DNA of 64,000 nucleotides from an uncultured Anaerolineales bacterium (GTDB lineage Bacteria; Chloroflexota; Anaerolineae; UBA1429): NCBI GenBank assembly GCA_964482225.1, contig CAYZWT010000002.1, positions 86,680 to 150,679 of the forward strand, read 5' to 3'. Shown piece by piece: positions 57,420 to 64,000 of this stretch (position 1 is its first letter; each line of letters starts with the position of its first letter). The notes under the pieces were generated by a model. It saw only the letters and a program-made list of their open reading frames with translations, ran no database searches and was not told where the DNA came from. The position numbers and the translations under genes were made by a program.

Positions 57420-58460
57420 ATGCGTGCAGCGCGATTCTATGGCGGCAAAGACATTCGCGTCGAGACCGTGCCCGATCCGGCGCCCGGCCCCGGCGAGGCG
57501 CTGATCGGTGTGCGGGCAGCGGGCATCTGCGGCAGCGACCTGCACGGCTACCGGCGTGCGGGCGCGCCTGGCGGGCCGCCGCGCACCCCCGGCCACGAGC
57601 TGGCCGGAGTCGTGCTGGCCCTGGGGCCTGGCGCCGTGGGATTCGCCGTGGGCCAGCCGGTGGCCGTCGAACCCCTGGTGGGCTGTGGCGCGTGCCGCTT
57701 TTGCCGCTCGGGCGACTATCATCTCTGCCCTTCGCTGGAGCATATCGGCGGGGCGCGCCCCGGCGGTTTCGCCGAGCAGACCGTCGCGCCGGTGGATCGG
57801 CTCTATCCGCTGCCCGACGCCCTCTCCTTCGACGAGGCCAGCCTGCTGGACGTGTTCGCCGTGGCCGTGCACGCCTTGACCCGCGTGCCCGTACGGCCAG
57901 GCGAGCGTGTGGCCGTGATCGGCACAGGCGCCATCGGGCTGAGCATCGCCCAGGCAGCAGCCGCGGCCGGAGGGGCCGTGGCCGTGGTGGGCCGTCGCGA
58001 GCATCCCCTACAGGTGGCCGCTCAAACCGCAGGCGCCCTGGGCGTCAACTCGTTGCAGCAGGACCCTCTCGCCGCCATCCAGACCTGGAGCCAGGGGGAG
58101 GGCGCCGATGTGGTGTTCGAGGCCGTGGGCGGCGCCGGCGGCACGCTGGACCTGGCGCTGCAACTGGCCGCGCCCCATGGCCGCGTGGGGGTGGTGGGCA
58201 GCTTTCAGGCGCCGCAGATGCTAGATGTGCGCATTGGCTACCGGCGCGAGCTGACGCTGCAATGGGTCTGGAGCTATGCCCACCGTGGGAACCGCCCCGA
58301 GTTTGCCGTGGCCCTGGATATGCTGGCGCGGGGCCAGTTCCAGGCCGCCCCGCTGATCACCCATCGCTATCCCTTGGAGCGCATTGCCGAGGCGTTTGGC
58401 GTGGCCGACGACAAGGCTGCTGCCCAGGCCATCAAGGTACTCGTTATCCCGTTCAAGTGA
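57420..58460 (+). CDS. Zinc-binding alcohol dehydrogenase (MDR family; sorbitol/threonine dehydrogenase-like)
   Basis: GICGSDLHGY, PGHELAG, structural-zinc Cys block CGACRFCRSGDYHLC and GxGxxG (IGTGAIG). AGGAGG RBS. Confidence 0.85.
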   Translation: MRAARFYGGKDIRVETVPDPAPGPGEALIGVRAAGICGSDLHGYRRAGAPGGPPRTPGHELAGVVLALGPGAVGFAVGQPVAVEPLVGCGACRFCRSGDYHLCPSLEHIGGARPGGFAEQTVAPVDRLYPLPDALSFDEASLLDVFAVAVHALTRVPVRPGERVAVIGTGAIGLSIAQAAAAAGGAVAVVGRREHPLQVAAQTAGALGVNSLQQDPLAAIQTWSQGEGADVVFEAVGGAGGTLDLALQLAAPHGRVGVVGSFQAPQMLDVRIGYRRELTLQWVWSYAHRGNRPEFAVALDMLARGQFQAAPLITHRYPLERIAEAFGVADDKAAAQAIKVLVIPFK

Positions 58461-58474
58461 GCAAAGGAGCCAAC

Positions 58475-59683
58475 ATGCTGGAACGTGTAGCGCCGGAAGC
58501 GCAGGGTTTCTCCGCCGAGCGGCTGGGCCGCATCCGCGACGTCATGGGCCGCTATGTGGATGAGGGCAAGCTGGCGGGCGTCGCCACGCTGATCGCCCGC
58601 CGGGGCCAGATCGCGCATCTGGACACCGTGGGGTGGGCCGATCTCGCTGCCCGGCGGCCCCTGGGCGAGGACGCCATCTATCGCATCTACTCCATGAGCA
58701 AGCCGATCACCATTGTGGCTGCGCTGATGCTCTGGGAGGAGGGGCGCTTTTTGCTGGATGACCCCGTGAGCCGCTACATCCCCGAGTTGGGGGAGATGCA
58801 GGTGCTACGCGGGATCGAAGATGGCAAGCCCGTGCTCTCACCCCCTGCGAGCCCCATGACCATCCGTCATCTGATGACTCATACCGCCGGGATGACCTAT
58901 GGCATGTTTGCGCCCGATTCGCCCGGCGAACAGATGTACCGGGAGTCGGGCCTGCTGCGCTCCGACCACACCCTGGCGGACATGATCCAGATCCTCAAGG
59001 GCCTGCCGCTGCTCTTTGACCCCGGCAGCCGCTGGCTCTATTCGGTGAGCATTGACGTGCTGGGCTATCTGGTGGAGGTCCTTTCCGGCATGCCGCTGGA
59101 CGCCTATTTCCGCGAGCGCATCTTCCAGCCGCTGGGCATGGCGGATACGGGCTTTTGCGTGCCTGCCGACGCGGTACACCGGCTGGCTAGCTTTTACATG
59201 CCGGGCGAACAAGGGCGCCTGACGCCGGTGGATGAGCGGGCCGGGCGCGATTATACCCGAGCCGAGCCCTTTTGCTCCGGCGGGGGCGGCCTGGTGTCCT
59301 CGATCCTCGATTACGCCCGCTTTGCCCAGATGCTGGCCAACGGCGGCGAGCTAGAGGGCGTGCGCCTGCTCTCCCCGCGTACGGTGGCCCTGATGGGCAG
59401 CAACCACTTGCCGCCCGCCTTGGGCGCCTATGGCGACCCACCTCACGCCGGGCACGGTTTTGGCCTGGGCGTGCGCGTGCTGCTGGATCCCGCTGCCGCC
59501 GGGCAACTCGATGCGCCGGGCAGCTTTGGTTGGTCGGGCTATGCCAGCACCGACTATTGGGTGGACCCGGCCAATGAGATGCTGGGCATCATCATGATGC
59601 AGTTCGTTGCGCCGCCACCGATGATGGGCTACCCGACGGCGGCCCAGTTCCGCACCCTGGCCTATCAGGCGCTGGTGGAATGA
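58475..59683 (+). CDS. Serine hydrolase of the beta-lactamase/transpeptidase (class C/esterase) family
   Basis: SMSK (SxxK) motif in YRIYSMSKPIT. Beta-lactamase-fold blocks. AAAGGAG RBS. The tool's ORF carried a spurious 260-aa extension. Confidence 0.75.
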   Translation: MLERVAPEAQGFSAERLGRIRDVMGRYVDEGKLAGVATLIARRGQIAHLDTVGWADLAARRPLGEDAIYRIYSMSKPITIVAALMLWEEGRFLLDDPVSRYIPELGEMQVLRGIEDGKPVLSPPASPMTIRHLMTHTAGMTYGMFAPDSPGEQMYRESGLLRSDHTLADMIQILKGLPLLFDPGSRWLYSVSIDVLGYLVEVLSGMPLDAYFRERIFQPLGMADTGFCVPADAVHRLASFYMPGEQGRLTPVDERAGRDYTRAEPFCSGGGGLVSSILDYARFAQMLANGGELEGVRLLSPRTVALMGSNHLPPALGAYGDPPHAGHGFGLGVRVLLDPAAAGQLDAPGSFGWSGYASTDYWVDPANEMLGIIMMQFVAPPPMMGYPTAAQFRTLAYQALVE

Positions 59684-60330
59684 GGTCGCCGCAAGCAGAA
59701 GACGCCCGCGATCCGCGCGAGATCGTGACGCGCGGGTATGATCGCATGGGGGCAGCCTATACTGAGTGGGCGCAGTCCGGATCGGACCCGGCGCGAGAGG
59801 AGCACACGCGGCTGCTGCTGGAGGCCCTTCCGGCCGGCAGCCGCGTCCTCGATCTGGGCTGCGGGGCGGGTCTGCCTACCACGCGCGCGCTGGCGCAACG
59901 GCACACCGTCATCGGCGTGGACATCTCTTTCAGCCAGGTCGCGCGGGCGCGGCGCAACGTGCCCCAGGGCGCCTTTATGCAGGCTGACATGGCCGAGTTG
60001 GCGCTGGCGCCCGCCAGCCTGGACGCGGCGGCAGCCTTTTACTCGCTCATCCATGTGCCTCGCCAAGAGCAGGCTGCCCTGCTGGGCCGCATTGCCACGT
60101 GGCTGCGGCCCGGCGGCCTCTTGGTGGCAACTATGGGCGTGCGTGCGGACCCGGGCTCGGTGGATGGCTTTTTTGGGGCGCCGATGTACTGGAGCGGGTA
60201 CGGGGCCGAGGCAAACCGGCGCGCGATCATGGCCGCCGGTTTTGAGGTCATCCGCGCGGCGGAACGCAGCGTGGACGAGTTTGGCGATCCGGTGACCTTT
60301 TTGTGGGTCGTGGCCCGAAGGCCCGGCTGA
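59680..60330 (+). CDS. Class I SAM-dependent methyltransferase
   Basis: VLDLGCGAGLPT...VIGVDIS motif I and post-I. The ATG overlaps the upstream TGA (ATGA). Confidence 0.7.
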   Translation: MRSPQAEDARDPREIVTRGYDRMGAAYTEWAQSGSDPAREEHTRLLLEALPAGSRVLDLGCGAGLPTTRALAQRHTVIGVDISFSQVARARRNVPQGAFMQADMAELALAPASLDAAAAFYSLIHVPRQEQAALLGRIATWLRPGGLLVATMGVRADPGSVDGFFGAPMYWSGYGAEANRRAIMAAGFEVIRAAERSVDEFGDPVTFLWVVARRPG

Positions 60331-60332
60331 GC

Positions 60333-60890
60333 TCAGCGGTCAATGAACTGGGGCAACACATGCCCTCTGTCATCGAGACGCACGCCCTCCATCGCCAATA
60401 GAGCCTGCTTCATCTCCAGGCCGCCGGCAAAGCCGCCCAGGTAGCCATCGGAGCGGACGGCCCGATGGCAGGGTATAAGGATCGGGAACGGGTTGCGCGC
60501 CAGGGCCGTGCCCACGGCGCGCGCCGCGCCCGGGTGGCCGATGCGCTTGGCCAGGGTGCCATAGGTGCTGACGCGCCCCCGGGGAATGGCGTGCTCGGCC
60601 AGTAAGGTGAGGCGCTGGAAGGGCAGGCAATCGTCCAAAGCGAGCAGGGCCGTGTCAAACGTGAGGGGTTCGCCCTGCAGGTAGCGAAGCATATCGCCCG
60701 TGAGAGCCTCGATGGCGGGATCGTTGCCCGGCGTCGCCCCCGCATAAACGGTCCTGAGGAGCAGTTGCACATGCTCGGGATCGCCGGGCAAGAGCACGCG
60801 GCGCACCAGAGCACGGGGCTCATCGTCCTGCCGCCAGAGCAACACGATATCGCCCAAGTGAGTGGATAGAGACCGGTAGCGGTAGGTCAC
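60333..60890 (-). CDS. ogt: Methylated-DNA--protein-cysteine methyltransferase
   Basis: IPCHRAV active-site motif and a C-terminal HTH DNA-binding domain. Start tentatively GTG with a GGGAGGGAG RBS. The tool's ORF starts at an upstream TTG (60911). Confidence 0.75.
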   Translation of the reverse strand: MTYRYRSLSTHLGDIVLLWRQDDEPRALVRRVLLPGDPEHVQLLLRTVYAGATPGNDPAIEALTGDMLRYLQGEPLTFDTALLALDDCLPFQRLTLLAEHAIPRGRVSTYGTLAKRIGHPGAARAVGTALARNPFPILIPCHRAVRSDGYLGGFAGGLEMKQALLAMEGVRLDDRGHVLPQFIDR

Positions 60891-61041
60891 AGCCAACTCC
60901 CTCCCTGGCAAGATACCCCAAGCATAGCCGGGACGATGGAGAACGTCAACCCCCGGCTCGGGCGAGTATTACGCTTTGTGACAAACAGGAGGGCGAGTTG
61001 TGTCTCACCCTCCTGGCCACCGCGTTTGTTCTCAGGCCAGC

Positions 61042-61341
61042 CTACCAGCGATCGTAAGAGCCAGAGCGATCATCTCGCCGCTCGCCTCCCGATGGCCGAG
61101 GGCTTGCCTCGGCGACCCGGATCGTGCGGCCGTCGAGCACCGTCTCATTGAGCTGTGCAACAGCGTCGGCGGCGGCCTGCTCATTGTCCATCTCGACAAA
61201 GCCAAACCCACGGGAGCGGCCACTATAGCGATCGGTGATCACCGTGGCATCTCGGACGGGGCCGATCTGCTCAAATGCCTCTCGGAGGCTGTCGTCGGTG
61301 GTGTCATAGCTGAGGTTGCCTACATACAGTCGCGTGTTCAT
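61042..61341 (-). CDS. RRM-type RNA-binding protein
   Basis: RNP2 (LYVGNL) and RNP1 (RGFGFVEM) motifs. Gly/Arg-rich tail. Start at MNTRLY. Confidence 0.85.
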   Translation of the reverse strand: MNTRLYVGNLSYDTTDDSLREAFEQIGPVRDATVITDRYSGRSRGFGFVEMDNEQAAADAVAQLNETVLDGRTIRVAEASPRPSGGERRDDRSGSYDRW

Positions 61342-61983
61342 ACCTGTCCTCTCACTCACTTTCAGAATCGCGGCACGGTGTCGCCATGCCCTCACAGACA
61401 CAAGGGCCGGACGGACGACGCTTGGCCGTGGTCGCGCGAGCTCAAGGAACTCTCGATATGCTACACGGCAGCTCATCGGCTGCGCTCTCCCGTCGGTGGC
61501 GCCGGGCTTTTGCAGGCGATGGCAGCGACCGTCAAGCGATGTGTCTTGGGACCGGTGCCCTCATACGCAAAACCGCCCCCAGGTCCAAAACCCGGCGGCG
61601 GCAATCGCAGACAACCAGATCCCTGGCAACGCTCATCTTGACACATCTGCGAGCTGCTGTCAAACTGACTCCTACCCACTTTGGCGGGTGGTCCACAGAA
61701 GAGCTCTGCACTATCTGGACGGTGTCACGATCTCTCGGAAAGGGCACCCACAGGGGGTGCCCCTACGAACAGGATCGCCGACACGCCTTGTCGTGATCCT
61801 GGCGACAACACAGGTAGGGGCGGCCCCAGGCGCATGTATGCGCAGGCCGCCCCAGTTACGAAAGTGGGTAGGAATCAGGCTGTCAAATGAAATAAACTTT
61901 GCTCGCACTTGGTAATGATCTTTGCCCATGCCAGGGATCTGACACATACGCCCGGCGGCAGTAGAGCCGCTTGCAGATGCTGC

Positions 61984-62973
61984 TCAGGTGGCCTGCTCGG
62001 CATCTCGGTAGGTGGGCACGCCCTCTTCCGCCATGATGCGGTCGATCTCGGCCTTGTCGTCGTCGCTCAGCTTCCACGCTGCGGCGGCCACGTTCTCTTG
62101 CATCTCTTGCGGATTGCGGATGCCCACCAGCCCCACGGTGACGGCCGGATGGCTGAGGGTCCAGGCCAGGGCGAGTTGAGCCACCGTGTGGCCCCGGTCG
62201 GCGGCAAAGCCCTTGAGGCGATCCACCGCTTTGATGGTGCGCAGCATATTCTCACGCTCAAAGAGGGGCAGCCCAAAGGCATTGCCCCGCGAACGCCAGT
62301 CCCAATCCACAAAGGTCGTCTCCTCGGTAAAGGCCCCCGCCAAGAGACCAAAGGCCAGGGAGCCATAGGCCATGAACCCGATGCCATTGGCCAGGCAGAA
62401 GGGCAACACCTCTCGCTCCATGCGGCGATCCAGCAGGTTATAGCCCACCTGGTTGGCCGTCAGGTGACCATGCTGCTCGCATTCCTGCATCATCGCCACC
62501 GTATAGTTCGAGACGCCATAGTGGCGGATCTTGCCCGCCTGCTTGAGGGTCTCCAAGGCTCGGATCGTTTCCTCGTGGGGCGTCTTGTGGTCGGGCCAGT
62601 GGATCAGCAGGAGGTCAATCCAGTCGGTCTGCAAGCGCTGGAGGCAGGTCTCGGCGCGCGCGATGACGTGGTCATGGCTCGCATCGCGCCCCACGCTCTT
62701 GTTCTCCTCGTTGATGATAAAACCCACCTTGGTCACCAGGACGATTTCTTTGCGGCGCTCGCCCAGGGCCTTGCCCAGGATTTCCTCAGAGTAGCATGGG
62801 CCATAGACCTCGGCGGTATCCACCAGGGTGATGCCCGCGTCAATGGCCATGTGCAGGGCCTTGCTGGCCTCTTGCACATCAATCTCGCCATACTGGGTGG
62901 TGCCCAACGCCCAGGTGCCAAAGCCGATGGCCGATGTGGCCAGATCCGTATTGCCGAACCGTCGTTGCTCCAT
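61984..62973 (-). CDS. Aldo/keto reductase
   Basis: AKR family blocks (GFGTWALG...VDTAEVYG...IHWPD). AGGAGGAG RBS. Start at MEQRRF. Confidence 0.85.
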   Translation of the reverse strand: MEQRRFGNTDLATSAIGFGTWALGTTQYGEIDVQEASKALHMAIDAGITLVDTAEVYGPCYSEEILGKALGERRKEIVLVTKVGFIINEENKSVGRDASHDHVIARAETCLQRLQTDWIDLLLIHWPDHKTPHEETIRALETLKQAGKIRHYGVSNYTVAMMQECEQHGHLTANQVGYNLLDRRMEREVLPFCLANGIGFMAYGSLAFGLLAGAFTEETTFVDWDWRSRGNAFGLPLFERENMLRTIKAVDRLKGFAADRGHTVAQLALAWTLSHPAVTVGLVGIRNPQEMQENVAAAAWKLSDDDKAEIDRIMAEEGVPTYRDAEQAT

Positions 62974-63106
62974 GTTCTCCTCCTGTTGCGCCTGACTGAT
63001 GCACACGCAGCTATGGTGTACGGCTTTTGCGGGGCAATGTCAAGGCGCGCCGCAATCCTACAGGATTGCGGCGCGCCTGATCGTGGGCTATCGGCTCGAG
63101 AGGACC

Positions 63107-64000
63107 CTATCCGTCCACCCCGCGACGGCGGCGGTTGATGGCGATCTCGTCCTCGTAAGTGTAGCGATAGCGGTCATAGGTCGCCGGCGGATACTTGGCG
63201 ATGGCCTCTTCGCTCAGGGTCAGGCCCAAGCCAGGCCGATCCGGCACGGCCAGGTAGCCGTTCTGATCAAAGACGATGCCCTCCACCACCTCGCGCCTCC
63301 AAAAGACGTCGCGATCCCGGTGCTCCAAAAAGAGGCAGTTGGGCGAGCTGGCCAGCACGTGCAGGTTCGCCATCTCGGCGATGGGGCCGGTGGAGCCGTC
63401 GTGGGGCGCCAACATGACGCCATAGGCCTCGCACAGGGCGGCGATCTTTTTCATCTCGGTGATGCCGCCGACGCGGGTGATCTCGGGCTGGGCGATGGCG
63501 ATGGCCCTCGTCTCCAGCAGCTCGCGGAAGGTCCACTTGGAGAATAGCCGCTCTCCGGCGGCCAGGGGCACGCGGGCCCGCTGGCCCAACCAGCGCAGGG
63601 CCTCCAGGTCGTCCGGGTTGGTGGGCTCTTCCAAAAAGACGGGCTTGTAGGGGCGAATGTCGTCCGCCAGGCTCAGGGCCTCGGCCATGCCAAACTCGCC
63701 GTGGCAGTGGACGCCGATCTCGACCTCATTGCCAAACTCTTGGCGTAGCTCGGCCAGCAGTTCGACATTGGGGCCACACTTGAAGGCCGTATAGCCCTTT
63801 TCCACCAGCGCGCGGGCCTCTCTGACGTTATCGGCATGCCCATAGATGCGGATGCGGTTGTGAATCTTGCCGCCCAAGAGGGTGTGGATGGGGACATTGA
63901 GCTGCTTGCCCTTGATGTCCCACAGGGCGATATCCAGGGCGCTGATCACGCCGCCGCGCACCGTGCCCGAGATGCCGTGGGCGTGCAACATGCGATAGAG
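63107..64000 (-). CDS. Enolase-superfamily dehydratase (galactonate/mannonate dehydratase-like). N-terminal part lies beyond the window
   Basis: Stop at 63107. The frame is open to the window edge. MR/MLE-family metal-ligand blocks (EEP, AAGER, HD). Paralogous to the 30381-31556 gene. Confidence 0.75.
   Translation of the reverse strand, partial: LYRMLHAHGISGTVRGGVISALDIALWDIKGKQLNVPIHTLLGGKIHNRIRIYGHADNVREARALVEKGYTAFKCGPNVELLAELRQEFGNEVEIGVHCHGEFGMAEALSLADDIRPYKPVFLEEPTNPDDLEALRWLGQRARVPLAAGERLFSKWTFRELLETRAIAIAQPEITRVGGITEMKKIAALCEAYGVMLAPHDGSTGPIAEMANLHVLASSPNCLFLEHRDRDVFWRREVVEGIVFDQNGYLAVPDRPGLGLTLSEEAIAKYPPATYDRYRYTYEDEIAINRRRRGVDG

Noticed and set aside
57072-58004. N-terminal 310 aa of the 772-aa ORF 55686..58004
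   Set aside because: Antisense to the ADH gene. The FAD-binding motif and a GGGGGAG RBS define the true start at 57071.
57692-58474. N-terminal 260 aa of the 663-aa ORF 57692..59683
   Set aside because: Out-of-frame overlap with the well-supported Zn-ADH. The serine hydrolase has a clean ATG with an AAAGGAG RBS at 58475.
1-64000. Search for tRNA, rRNA, tmRNA, CRISPR repeats, IS terminal inverted repeats and integrase or transposase genes
   Set aside because: No T-loop GTTCGA-type cloverleaf candidates. No regularly spaced direct repeats. No transposase or integrase-like ORFs. The AT-rich patches (46146-46559, 28020-28243, 61860-61960) look like promoter regions rather than mobile-element ends.

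Overview
This is a high-GC (about 65-70%) bacterial chromosomal window with strong Shine-Dalgarno usage and many GGAGG-type ribosome-binding sites. The gene content (plant-type LRR protein, RRM RNA-binding protein, PT-rich linkers, giant BNR surface protein) suggests a Chloroflexota-like organism, but this is inference only. I call about 50 protein-coding genes. Nearly every real gene is shadowed by long antisense or out-of-frame ORFs in the six-frame track. Those come from GC bias and I discarded them.

Content in order along the window:
- 5'-truncated plant-type LRR protein.
- Glycerophosphodiester phosphodiesterase, M23 lipoprotein peptidase, tungsten-type aldehyde:ferredoxin oxidoreductase (AOR), DinB, M24 aminopeptidase.
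- A C_GCAxxG_C_C redox protein whose N-terminus continues in-frame through a TGA. This is a selenocysteine candidate.
- Galactokinase, then a hexuronate-type locus: GntR, UxaC, DUF362 protein, Tat-secreted solute-binding protein.
- CTP synthase (PyrG), an MFS transporter, a lipoprotein.
- A nucleotide-sugar module on the minus strand: regulatory-domain methyltransferase, GalU-like uridylyltransferase, and a 1108-aa GHMP-kinase/UDPGP-pyrophosphorylase fusion.
- Ribosomal protein S1-like, a putative glycoside hydrolase, an enolase-superfamily dehydratase.
- A seven-gene cell-surface glycan cluster on the plus strand with three ATGA stop/start overlaps: NDP-sugar dehydrogenase, LbH acetyltransferase, membrane-anchored GT2, B12-binding radical SAM enzyme, Wzy_C/O-antigen-ligase-like membrane protein with C-terminal TPR repeats, and a 1407-aa BNR/Asp-box + LysM giant surface protein with a PT-rich tail.
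- A convergent gingipain-like C25 peptidase with FN3-type C-terminal domains.
- Hypoxanthine phosphoribosyltransferase (Hpt), an SCP2 protein, ArgJ, two tandemly duplicated alpha/beta hydrolases, a metallophosphoesterase, an APC-permease/Usp fusion, an FAD oxidoreductase, a Zn-ADH, a serine hydrolase, a SAM methyltransferase, MGMT, an RRM RNA-binding protein, an aldo/keto reductase, and a 3'-partial second enolase-superfamily dehydratase.

I also call several sigma70-like promoters, four strong perfect hairpins (three placed as bidirectional terminators between convergent genes) and a GntR operator-like palindrome. I found no tRNA, rRNA, CRISPR array or obvious mobile element.
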